A stretch of DNA of 57,394 nucleotides, filler included, from Streblomastix strix (GCA_008636045.1; 3 parts of 3 records of this genome joined end to end with filler, not necessarily neighbours in it), one strand, 5' to 3'. Shown: positions 11,857 to 24,112, counted from the first letter of the whole stretch. Translations and numbers: made by a program. The notes: generated by a model from the letters alone, not told the origin.

Positions 11857-13188
11857 ATGAACAGAGATCAATAAGCTAATTAAGATTAAATTTACTAATT
11901 ATTGTTAGCAAGATTTGCTTAAACAGATGAATAAATTAAATATGAATAATATAATATGTAGCAGTAACTCACACGATCAGCGAATACAAATAATAGAATA
12001 ATGAAGTTTGCACAGTTTATATCAAATATGAGAATTACACCTAGTAAAGAAGAACAAACTGTTTTAATTAATCATGCAGATGAAATATAGATAGGTGGAA
12101 AGACTCTTTTTGAATTGTTCGAAATATATTAAACAGAAGCAGAAAAGTATAATGCAACATTGAAACGAGCTGGATCTATCAGAAGCCAAGACTCCAACAG
12201 ATTATATGTAACAGAATAAATCTAGAGAATCAATTAGCCTCAAAAACCTCTTTCATTATTCCCATTCTAATCAAAGATCAAATATTATGAAAAAATTAAT
12301 AAAGTGAAGATAACATAATAAACATAAATCAAAGACATTAAAGCAAAGCCATTAAACAAACTCTAACACCCATATTTTCCCCCAAAACTTGGATCTTGGG
12401 AGATTGACCTTGGATTTGGTGTGAATTCAGTTACTCGAAGAAGATAGCATTATTTATTTGATATCAACATTAATACAAAATATTTAGTTGTCTTTCCATT
12501 AATTGTAGATGAGAAAAATGCTACATATATATTAGCTGCATTAAAGAAGCTCATTAATTATATAGACGCAAATAATATTAGAGGTGATGGTGAAACTAGA
12601 TTCAAAGCTAATATTATTAGATAATTTTGTGAAGATAATAAGATTTCATTATATTTTATAGGTTCGCCATTTACATAGCAGAACATAGTAGTTGATAGTG
12701 TCATTCATACAATCAGAAACGGGTTTGGATAAGATTTATTTGGTTTTGCAACACCTAGCTAGATGTAATAAATGGTAGAGATTTATAATAAAACTCCACA
12801 TCTTGCATTTATGAACAGATTTACTCCAAAATAAGTGTAGTATAATAAAGAATTAGAATATAAATTCATACGATAAAAAAGAGCATAATTGGAATAGGTA
12901 ATAATAAGTCAATAACAATAGAATTTATTAAATTTCAAGAGTGGAAATATATTAATGATTCACGCTGATTTCTCTAGGTTACCTATTAGATTTTAGAAAT
13001 AGAGGCTTTAATTCAATGAGTTGTCAATATTCATTACTTATAAGAACTGTAATGTTGTGTGTAAATTATTGAATTCATATGATAAAATTAATGTTACTGA
13101 GTTACCTATATATTATTGAAAATTCATTAGTGATGATATCAATTCGTTACCAGCTAATTATAAAAGTTAATTTAATATACGTAATTGA
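11857..13188 (+). pseudogene. Retroviral-like (rve) integrase of Polinton type
   Basis: SWEIDL (D at 12406), YLFDININTKYLVVFPL, IRGDGE (D at 12586), VVDSVIHTIRN (D at 12694), YNKTPH. TGA at 13117 is either premature or the true stop; the frame continues to 13188. Confidence 0.9.
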
Positions 13189-13202
13189 GAATTTTTCTTA
13201 AA

Positions 13203-13616
13203 ATGAAATACAACCAATCGGTGAAACAAAACAAGCCCGTAAAAGATAATCGAAGATATGAGAACCATAATTGATTGAAACATAATCTAGTCCAATTGAT
13301 GAAGTCCTTCATGCTCCGTTAATTGATTAATCACTTAATTCTATTCAATAGACATAATTAAATGAGGAGAAAATAGAATAAAGAGGTAGACCTAAAAAAA
13401 TATAGCTCACAAGAAGAAGCCGAACGCATTGCTGCAGAGTAACGATCCCGTGCCTAATAAAAATATAGAATTCAGCGATAGGAATTCCGTGCATCTGCTA
13501 ACGATTTGTAGCTACTTTTGATACGGCGTCTTCAGAAAACTATCATAACTAAATTATAGGATTTCCTTCAAATTAGCGAGATAATTGATAGATACAACTA
13601 ACCAAATATTCAATGA
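13203..13616 (+). pseudogene. Small AT-hook-like DNA-binding protein, frameshifted
   Basis: RGRPKK followed, after a poly-A frameshift, by YSSQEEAERIAAEQRSRAQQKYR (basic helix). Confidence 0.5.
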
Positions 13617-13659
13617 AAATAATTTATTTTTGCATTAATGAATAACAATAATAATTATA

Positions 13660-14259
13660 AAATTTTATGACAGATTATTCAAAGATTTACTTTTGTATTT
13701 GACCCATTATTTTTGATGAGATATGTTAATGTGCTAGAATCTTATAGAATTATCTTTTATTTTATAAGTAAATTGATTATTTGATTATGTGGAACACTGG
13801 ACTGGGCGGGACGAGACAGATCTCTGAAGGTTGTGCATTTCATCTGCCATAGCGCGATAATGCCATATCATTCATTTTGAATATAATTCTCCATAGCTAT
13901 TGAACATTCTATCTAAATTGCACATCCATACTTTACCATAAAGAGATAATTATTGCAGCCATTTCAAATATTGACTTTTATATTTGTCCAACCTTCATTT
14001 TCGTAAATATTTTGAAGGATTTTCATTAATCATAGAATCGTTCATTTTCAAAAATAATTTCCATCACCAATGCACTTCATTACTGATTTCATTTATGGCA
14101 TAGATGGCATTATGGTAGTATTTTTTCGCAGGAGTCCACGGATTTGTCCCGTTCCAGAAACTGTCCCACATAGATAATTATTCAATTTGCCCGCTTCGCT
14201 AACATGCACATACTAATGAGGATAGATCATTTTGTCCCATTAATCGATAAGCCTGCCAT
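13660..14259 (-). pseudogene. Degenerate hypothetical Trp/Tyr-rich viral protein
   Basis: Frame MGQNDLSSLVCACQRSGQIEQLSMWDSFWNGTNPWTPAKKYYHNAIYAINE... runs >150 codons with three in-frame TGA; TATTTTTG leader on the minus strand at ~14271-14280. Confidence 0.4.
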
Positions 14260-14287
14260 AAATGTTTGAACAAAAATAAATTCATTT

Positions 14288-17081
14288 TCATTCATCTTTT
14301 GTCTCTTATACTACCTATTCAACGAGTCCATTATCTTCAATTGTTTTTTTATATTTCTAATAATTTGCATTAGACGTTTCAGTATCTTCATCATTCATTA
14401 TTTTATCGTAATATGATTATTAATCCTTATTTAACACATATATTCTTGTTCATATTCCATTAATATAAATTCTTTATTCTTCACATTTATGAACCATTGC
14501 ATTTTTATATATCTTTTGTATCCAATTTGAAGGTTTGAATTAATTTACAAGAGCAATTGGAATTCCTTGTTTGAACTGTTCATAATGCTCCATAATTACA
14601 TCGTCTACTGGTGATCGACTAACATTTATCAATTATTTTTTAGATTCAGTCATTGAAACTAATGTTGGATTGAACTATGAAATATCTCTTTCAAGAAAGA
14701 ATGTCATTAAATTTTCATAAAACTCTTATGTGTAACTTTTGCTTAATTCATTAAAATAATCAGACTCTTCCTTATGTTCTTCAGTTACTTAAGGGACAGT
14801 TTTACATGCACATATTAAATGACGTCTATCATCAGTGTCCAATTATACAGGCATATCAGAGTTTGTTACATAGATTATATTCATTACATTCTCAGCAGTT
14901 CTTCTTGGTTAATTCTTTTCATTAATTTTTATAGTTAGATCTGAAATAACTGAATTCATTACTGTTGTAACACCTTTTTTTGAATCATTATAATTCATCA
15001 TTTCATTCAATACTGCAAACATTTTATTTTCGACTACTGAATTGAATCTGCTTGTGAACTAATCTATGTTAGTTATATTTGAACAGCTGTATCGATTTGT
15101 TAGTTCAGCGATTACATCAGTGAATCTATTTTACCTATTCGTTATCTACCTTAAAATACGATTGCAGCTCAAGACTTTTTTCCAGGATTTTATATCATCC
15201 ATGCTATCCAATTAAGAATATATTCATAGACTCTTTCATCTCCTGCAGCAATAGTTTCTTTAATCAAATCAAGGTACATTTAAAAGCATTCATTATCAAT
15301 TCTATCTAATTTCTTATATTTATACCTTTAGAATACTGTGAGAATCTTTGGATCTTCACTAATAAATTTACATCCTTTCTTAGCAAATTTTGAAGCATAT
15401 TTCTTAAAGATATTTTTTGCAGTTAATTGTTTAGAATCCTTTTTATCATCACTCTTTTCATCAGTTTTCTTATTCTTGAAATTTATATTAATTTTCTCTA
15501 ATTATTTATAGACTGTTCCTTCTAACTTGTGAAATAAGACTTGTGTGTCACAGATAGAATCATATCTTTTAATTGCATATATACCTTCAGTTTCACTTTC
15601 ATAATAAACTAATAATCTTGTTAAATCCATAACAATTTATTCTTCATTTTCTTATTCTCCATTAGCTGTTTTCTCTTGCATATCAAATAATATGAATCCA
15701 TCTTATAGATCAATCTTATTATGAATCAATGTCTAGTTAATTATGATTTATTTTTCCTTCCTTTTTGCTTCATAATTCTTTTTCAGTAATGGTCTAATCA
15801 TCTATTAATAGTATTCTTTATTATGGTATCTTAGGATTTTTGAAATGATCCATGGATTTGGTTTGCGTTCACCATTAGATGAAGCTTATCCATGGTTCTT
15901 ATCAGCGTTTGCAGATAGCTTATTGAATTTGCGTATATTTCCTATTCCTTCAGCTCTAATTGATTCATTTCTGAATCCATACAATCCACAGAATATATTT
16001 AGAAGAGATACTTCCATATGGATTGGTTAAGGACAGTTATGTATATCAAGATTCTCCAATCCATCAACACACGCTTATGCAAGTTCATCATTCATTTATT
16101 CAATTGTACCTTCATCATTGATTTATACTCCATAGATTCTATCATGTTACTATTAAGCGTAATCTTTATATGACATCTCAATATTTATATTCCATTAGTC
16201 AAATATCTCCCTCAAGCTCGCTAAATGTGATACATTTTCCCAATCATTAATTGCTTCATATTTGAGTATAACTCGTTAGTTATTTTTAGTTTCTTGAATA
16301 GCTGTGATAGGAGCGACTACACGATTCTATACTATTTGTTTAGTCTCTTTTCCGTTTTCAATTTTATGTTTATTCATTTATGCTAATGCATCAATATCAA
16401 AACTATCTGTCACAGCTACTTTTACATTACGATTGGAAGGTAATAGATAGAAATTTCTATTGCAATAGATATGTAATCCTCCATGGGCAGTCTTAACTAA
16501 ACCTACATTTGGTGGAAGTGTATCAATTAGAATTTATCTTATTTTATCATTCTCTTCTATTGACTTATCCTTATGAATATCTATATCAATTACGCATAGT
16601 TTATCGTCATCCGTTAATAATAAATCAATTAATATATCTGTTATTTATTGTTTTTTATCTTTATATTAACCTAATTTTGTATAGTTTACTGTGTTAATCA
16701 TGGCTTCTTTAACGCGTTCAATTATTGTTTTTGAATCTTATTCTTACATATATAATTCCGCTATCGGTTGAATTATTTCAAGAAATATATTATCATCTCT
16801 TTTTTTTAATCTATACGCTAACTATTAATTTGCAAGTCTTGTTTAAGATCACCTTCAGAATTTATTATATCATGAATGCGTTCGTCATATTTCTCTTCAA
16901 TAATTTGTTAATTACTCGGTTCAACAGTCTGTTCATTAATCATTTGATCAATCATAGCTTTTGCTTTCTCATCTGTTTTCGATTGGCGGGTATATTTACG
17001 TTTTGGTCCTTTCTCAAGTGTCTCACATTTCACGTTTGTTTGTTGGTTTGATTTGTCTTTTGAAAATTCTTCTGTTGCCAT
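14288..17081 (-). pseudogene. Primase-polymerase (AEP/primpol) fused to D5-like SF3 helicase
   Basis: LCVIDIDIHK and GLVKTAHGGLHIYCN (primpol motifs I and II); YEYILNWIAW, FQGRQRIGK (Walker A, 1-bp deletion ~15130), FAVLNE (Walker B), IYVTN, DDRR. TGA at 15169 and 14450; poly-A frameshift ~16800. Confidence 0.9.
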
Positions 17082-17309
17082 TTTGCTTTCGGATAAAATA
17101 TTGAAATAGTTTGAGAAAAATAATTTTATTTTAATTTATTGCATAAATGCCTTATGACAGATCTCAAAATAGATTATCAACTTACCCCGTGCAGGCGTGC
17201 ACCGCGTGCAGATGGACAAATTAATGTATATTTCCATGTCAGGACACTAAATCAAGAATTATCTTAAAAAAGTCCTCGTGCAGGTAGACATTTCATCTTA
17301 TTTATCCAC

Positions 17310-19075
17310 AGTAGTTATGAGAATATGGAGAGTGCCCCACATAGAAAAATAAAATAAATAATGTTAAATAAAATAATGATTATAAAATAATGAAAATAAA
17401 TAATAATAAATAAATTGCATTAAAATAATGTATAATAAAAATATTCACTTGATTAAAATTATTGTTTGAAAATATTGAATTTAATTAATGAATTGATTAA
17501 TGAAGTTGATTAATGAATTGATTAATGATGTTGATTTTTGAACGTATGGCACTCTCCATATTCTCATAACTACATGGTGAAGTTGATGAAGTTGGTTGAT
17601 GGATTTGGTTGATGGTTTTGAACAAATGAAATTTTATTGAATTTTATTATATTCGGAAACCTAAAATTATTAGTGAATTCGTTAGTGAAAACCATTATAA
17701 ATTGAACATAAAATATATTTGTATGTGGATATATAAATGAAATCGTTGATGAATCTATTAATATTCTTCTTAATTGAAACGAATAAATGGAATAGGTAAT
17801 GAATGACTTAAAAGTGGTCAAGGTGCCCATACCCTGAGTGAATTTTTAACTCATTTAAGAAATTAGCTGCCAATATGCCAAAATGCCATTAAATATATGT
17901 TATTGACACGAATAAATGGAATAGGTTATGAATGACTTTTAGGTGTTCCGAGCCGCAGGCGGAGGTTTAACGACATGTTCCGAGTGTTCCGAGTCAAATG
18001 GGTTCTATAAAAAATGCCAGTCGATCCGCCAAATAGTCGAAACATGAAAAAATAAATAAACGAATTATTCAAATGCTAGCGTCTTCATTGATGTCTTCAT
18101 TAACATCTAATGGTTATGGCTCTTCATCCATTAAATATTCGATATCGTCATCTTAATCCATTTCATCCTTTAACAAATCGAACTAAGCATAATATTCTTG
18201 TATTAATTCATAGCACTATTTACGAATTGATTATTTTTATATTTTTTTATGGTCGCAATATGTCTTTATTCCAATCTCAAAGAATTATTGTTTTATATTT
18301 TCTGGCTTAAATTATAATGCACTTATACATGGAACACCTTATTTAAATTCGTCGATATGTTTTAATATTATATCTTCTATCTATGATTTACTGGCCTTAA
18401 TTATATCACGCTTTGCCTCTGTCATAGGTAGTTGTCGCATATCAAAATCTTTCAAATCTTATTACATAAAGAAAGTAAATAAATTATTGTAAAAATTAAC
18501 ATCTTAACTATTGCATAATTCTTTAAAATATTAATTATCTCCTTTATGAATTGAACTACATTTTAATACAACATAACGCCTATCACTCGCTTCGATTTTT
18601 ACTGGATATGGATTGTTTGAAACGAATATAAAATTTGCAACGTTCTCAGCATCACGACGAGGTTAATTTTTTTCATTTATTCTTATCGTATAATCAGTTT
18701 CAATTGATTTTAACCCCTCATTATTTGCCCGTTTATCCTCTCCAAAATTTGTCATCTCATTGGCTATAATTAAGACCTTTCCTTCGACGATTGAATTGAA
18801 GTTTCCAGTCAATTCTTTTATATTTGTGCAATTTTTACAACTATAGCCCGCCATGAGCTCACATAAAACATCTGTAAATATGTTCTTACCAATACCTTAA
18901 ATACCTTTTAAAACAAGTGATGATTCGGTCTTCTTTCCCGCATTTTGAAGTATATAAGCTATCCAATTAATTACGTAATTATATAATTTTTCATCACCTG
19001 AACAAATAACATTCAATATTAAATCTAAATATTATTTTATTATATTTTTATCATATTTTTCAAGTAGCTCATATT
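17310..19075. mobile_element. End of a second element family (D5-helicase element), truncated by contig end
   Basis: Begins AGTAGTTATG; perfect 26-bp inverted repeat 17311-17336 / 17548-17573; two direct boxes (~17779-17890, ~17905-18035); same layout as 49266 onwards. Confidence 0.75.
18069..19075 (-). pseudogene. D5-like SF3 helicase, C-terminal part (5' truncated), late frameshifts
   Basis: YNYVINWIAYILQNAGKKTESSLVLKGIQGIGKN (Walker A), LIIANE, IRINEK, FIFVSN, ASDRRY. Confidence 0.9.
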
Positions 19076-19175
19076 NNNNNNNNNNNNNNNNNNNNNNNNN
19101 NNNNNNNNNNNNNNNNNNNTTAATTAATTAANNNNNNNNNNNNNNNNNNNNNNNNNNNNNNNNNNNNNNNNNNNN
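19076..19175. other. Artificial contig spacer
   Basis: 44 N + TTAATTAATTAA + 44 N. Confidence 0.99.
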
Positions 19176-19634
19176 CATCAGCAATACTTGAAACCTACAA
19201 TAATTACTTTAAATTAACATTAAAACATAAGTATAATATAATAATAGAATATTTTTGAATAATATTTTAATAGTTATAGAGAAATGGCTAATTTTTTATA
19301 AAACTTATATTTTCAGTGCTAATGAGTTAAAATAATCTAGTAAATTTTTTAAAAAATAGGTTTTATTTAGAAAAATACAATAATTAAAGTTATTTTTAAA
19401 CAATTTTATTCAAAAAATGGGGTAAATGGATAATAACTAAAAAAATAATATGAAAATCTTAATATTTTATTACTTAAAAAAATATTGATCAAATTTAATT
19501 TTATTAGTTTATTAATTTACAAAAAATAATAAATTTAACTTTCAATATTATCAATAAAGTCAGAAATAAATATTGTAATTATATACAACTTTAATTATTA
19601 AATTCGTATTGATATCAAATATTATATGATTCTT

Positions 19635-22600
19635 TCACTCATTTAACATTTCATTATCAATATTATCTTCATCATCCTTAAAATAAATATCTAATATCCT
19701 TTTGGCATTTGTTTGAATCTATGAGTTATAGTGATCTTAAAGTCTTTCAAGCTTTTCAATGCCACCTAAACTTTATATTGGTATAATAAAATCATTCTTA
19801 TAATCAAAATTATTCAATTATTATTTTCTTTACCCTTTCAAATTAATATCTATTTTTCTTTCATTATTTTACTATTCTTGCTATTAATCAATGTTATCAC
19901 TATTTAATTATTCAAATTGAAGTTTCATTACTGCTCCAGCTTGTAGAATATATAAAAGACCCGTTAAATCAATAGTGAGAATACTAAAGAAAAAATAAAC
20001 AAGTAAATAAAAGAGAAATCAAATTGAAGTTTAAAACAACTAGATATAATTAAAACAATTAATATTAATATTTTCTATAAAATAAAAATTCAATCATAAA
20101 TTTGATATTTATCAAAATACCTTTCATTTTGCATATCCAGAAATGTAACAAATACTTATAGAATCTTTTTCTCTTTACCAAGTGAAGCAACCTTTATTAG
20201 TATGCAAAAATAATTATAAAGGAATAAATAAGTGATATTATTACATATATAATATAAGAAAATGTTTAATTTAGAAAATATAGATTATTTTATAAAAAAT
20301 AAGAATAAAATATATTCATACTTAAGCAGCTGTTCCGTCTTATAGTGCATTTGTTAGTGCAGTAAGAGCCTTTATTTATGATAAAACCAGAATTATAATT
20401 AATAAGAAGTTCAATTTATTTATACAAATATTACCAAATAATTACAAACCTCAGCTTCCCAACCTCCATAATATATTTATCTGATTGGATGTTATTGTAA
20501 AATTGATTATGATGAAGATTATGAAGATGAAGATTATTATATTTATTATTACTGTTGTTATTGTTATTGTTTTAATTCATTGTTAATGAATCTAGAAAAT
20601 CCGATGTTTTGTTGTGGAAACAAAGGAGAAGGAACAGATATATTCTCTTTCATTTCAAATTATATATTATCTTATATTTATATTTATATTTAATTCATTT
20701 ATAATCTTTATTAATGATGTGGATTTAAAATTTGTTAGGAAGAATTATCATTTGCATATAATAATACACGTTCTAAGAGCATTTCAGCCAACCTTATATA
20801 AAAAAAAAATAAAAAAAAATTATTTATGAACAAATAATATATATTATAAATTACTAAAATCTTTAAATATCTAAATATTCATTTATTTTATTGTTCCAAA
20901 ATACTAATTTAATAGTTGCATTCAAACCTTACAAATATTCCAGCATTGATTATATACTACAATTAATTTTGAGGATTACAAGCCAAGTTAGAAATAAGAA
21001 AACAAAGTTCTTTTTTTAAATCATTATTTTTCATATAAACTGAAGTGGAATTTAGGTTTTGTGAAGAAGATTGAATTTCATTGGTGTAATTGATAGTGCG
21101 ATTAATATGAGAATGTAAGGATGATTATTAATCCATAGTGTTATTTGAATTTGGAAATTGTTTATAAAATTCTGAATATTAATCATCTTTTTCTTTCTCC
21201 TTTTCAATTTCTAGCTTATTTTCTTATTATTAAATTAATGTACTTTTCCTTAATTTATTTTCTCTATTATTTTGATCATTATTCATAAGGCAACAAAGAA
21301 TAACATCTGGAAGACCACTTTCTAACGCATATTGATTTATTGCTTCATCTCCCTAATAATTAATTATATTTTATAAAAAATTTGTTTAATAAAACAAATA
21401 ATAAATAAGAATCAATACATTTATAATAATTAAATAATTCAAATATTAAATTGTAATTATTATTGTAATGATGAATAAAAATGTTTGAATGAGTTAAGAA
21501 AATAAGGCAAATAAAAATTAATCGGATATATAAATATAGTAAAAAAAAATATTATATATGATTATATACCTGAACAACAAATTGCATTATTTGAATAGCA
21601 GGTTTAACAACATATACATTTGAAGATCTGATTATGAAGACAATAAAACAATAAAAGATGGAAAAAAATTATGTATTTAAAAATAAAACTTAATGAAAAT
21701 TAATATATAATTAATATAAAAATTAAACTAAAAAATGTTTATACAACCTCATGCATTCAATAATATCACATAGAACATCCTCATTCACAAGTAACTATTT
21801 AATATTTAATATAAAAATGTTAATTTGAACATAAAGAAATAATAATAATTAATTAGCTAAAATAATAAATAAATTTGAATATTCACCTAAACATTTGCAC
21901 CTCCATCAAACAGATACGTAAGAGAAAAGAGTACATCAGAGACAACTCCACTAACTGAAAGAAAATAATTTATTATAATAAACGATAATATAAATTAAAA
22001 TTAAAAATTAAAAAATAAATAATAATTAATTCATAGATTCTTGTTTATATAGAAAAAAAAGTATAATACCGTTCATTTTCTTATACTACTTCAACGCTCA
22101 TGCATACAATTTCATCAACAGTTCAACATAGTTATTTGGAAGTTGTTCAGGTAGTTATTTTGTTAGGCATGAAAGTAGGAATATGATATTTGAGATAGTT
22201 TCAGTTGAGAGTTTGTTATTTTATGAATGAGCTTATTATTATTACTAAAATAGAGAATTAGGTTCAGAATAAGATTATTATTATGAAAGAAGAGGAATAG
22301 AGGATTATTATTATGAAAGAAGAGGAATAGAGGATTATTATTATGAAAGAGTAGGAATTGCAGATTATTATTATGAAAGAATAGGAATTGCAGATTATTA
22401 TTATGAAAGAATAGGAATTGCAGATTATTATTATGAAAGAATAGGAATTGCAGATTACTATTATTATTAAGTTAATGTGAATGAAGGTGGTAAAATTAAT
22501 TAATTTGATGTAAAAGGTTTAGAGAATTTAAATATAGGTTATTATTGTTTATTTTACAAAGATTAAGTGCTTAATTATGTTTATTAAACATGTGAATATG

Positions 22601-23535
22601 AATCTAATTAGTTTTTATCAGAGTTTTCCATATTTATTTCATTAAACAGACTTTATTTTAATTTTTCTTGATTACGTTTCTTCTCTAGAATTTCAATAGA
22701 AGACTTTATAAGAGGTACCAACTTTTCAAAAGCACCACAAGCGAATGCAATCAATCTAAATTCTAATATTTCCGAGGTTAGATTTCCAAGAGCCCACATA
22801 GCTTATCCTTTTATCTCTTTGTATGGAGAATCAAGAGCAGAAACAACAGCTTATATCACCTTTATAATTAGTGATGAGAGAAATAAAAGAATAATTGGTT
22901 ATATACAATTAAATATATGTAAACTTAACACTCAACAAGCTTCTGCACATGATATATCTTCCCAGTTGACATGTTTGTTATAGTCCACAGAGCTTCGAAT
23001 TGAATGTTTGGGTATTCATCAAACTTTATAAACTCCACAATGTACGGCAGCGCCCCAGAATTAAGGATATGTTGAACAGGGACCGAATGGTTTCAGGACA
23101 CGAGTTTCCGAATCGACCTTATATTTTACTCAACAGCGTTCTGGTCACTCTAGGTAAGACCTTGAACAAAAATTGGAAGCCTATCAAGCTAATAAATAAA
23201 TATTTATATTAGTAGGCAAATATATAGATAAACAAATATTAGTAAGTATTATTTAATAAAAACTCAAAATTGTACTGCATACTTATTGTTTTTCTTCAAT
23301 GCTTAGTTCTCGCTCGATTTCGACAATTGCAGCCTAGTTCTACCGCCGCTAATCAATTATATCATTGCGTCTTTGCTTGCGCAATGAAATTATATCTTCA
23401 CTATGCTTTTTGCGCAATATAGAACTGTCACTTGCTTGAAAAATGAAAAAAATGTAATGTGAGTTATTACAAAGTACAATTTAGTATTTATGATAGAAAT
23501 TATATACTTTTATCGAATTCACGCTATTTAAACAT
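19635..23535 (-). CDS. Importin-alpha (karyopherin alpha)-like ARM repeat protein, multi-exon
   Basis: IBB-like [28 protein letters not shown] motifs [14 protein letters not shown] and [10 protein letters not shown]-terminal [29 protein letters not shown]; many short GT-AG introns. Confidence 0.85.
22273..22460. repeat. 30-bp coding tandem repeat, about 6 copies
   Basis: GATTATTATTATGAAAGA-ATAGGAATTGCA type units, encoding SAIPILSQQQ / SSIPLLSQQQ on the minus strand. Confidence 0.95.
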
Positions 23536-23653
23536 ATCACAAAATTATTTTATTTATCAGATATGTCAGAAAATGAAGTGGAGTAAATAAAAATAAATTA
23601 TGAAATGTAGATAATGTAGATAAAGGATGAAAGTTGTTATGTGAAGCTTATAT

Positions 23654-24112
23654 TCATATTCCATCTTCATAATATTGTTAATTTATCATACTTTCCGTTT
23701 CTTTTTCATAATTTTCTTTCATTTCATAAAGTATTTTTTCAGTCTATAGTAACGAAAAGAAAGGGGTGATATTTGTAAGTTGAATGTAAATAAAATAAAA
23801 AAATACAAACTTCTTTCTTAAATGCATTCAATATTCTTTCTCTTTCTTTAATTATCTCAGCATTTTGAAGATCATTTGCTTGCTACATCCATTTTTTCAT
23901 ATTTTTCTGAAAATGTTGAAATAATACATGAAGTTAGAGGTTCTTAGGAGAGTTTTAATGAATAAGCATACATCCAATTCTAATCGCATGTACTCAGAAC
24001 ATCTTTGCACTTCTTCATCATATCGTCTCTTCATTTATGCAAGTAGGAGCTGCGTTTCATTTTGAAATTATCTCTCTATTTCTCTCTCCAGGTTATTTTC
24101 CACCATCAAAGA
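23654..24112 (-). CDS. Hypothetical coiled-coil protein, multi-exon
   Basis: MVENNLEREIERQFQNETQLLLAQMKRRYDEEVQRCSEYMRLEL... followed by further E/K-rich exons; boundaries uncertain. Confidence 0.45.

Larger units (their letters stand above)
1..17300. mobile_element. Endogenous Polinton/Maverick-type virus, degenerate, left end truncated by contig edge
   Basis: Dense intronless gene array with capsid-like proteins, packaging ATPase, protein-primed PolB, rve integrase, KilA-N and primpol-D5 helicase when TAA/TAG are read as Gln; many premature TGA codons and frameshifts. No TIR pair visible and the right boundary is approximate. Confidence 0.93.

Noticed and set aside
823..15171. TGA recoding (Trp/Sec or all-three-stop reassignment) to explain in-frame TGA
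   Set aside because: TGA terminates intact genes, and the same ORFs carry frameshifts, a MITE insertion and catalytic substitutions, so decay is the simpler explanation.
17140..17300. Right TIR of the first Polinton
   Set aside because: GC-richer and plausibly terminal, but the partner end lies outside the contig and no TSD can be tested.
19076..19175. TTAATTAATTAA palindrome between N runs (also 38236-38335) as a biological site
   Set aside because: Identical artificial linker; synteny across it is meaningless.
22273..22460. CRISPR-like array
   Set aside because: Units are contiguous with no unique spacers, encode an in-frame peptide repeat, and no cas genes are present.
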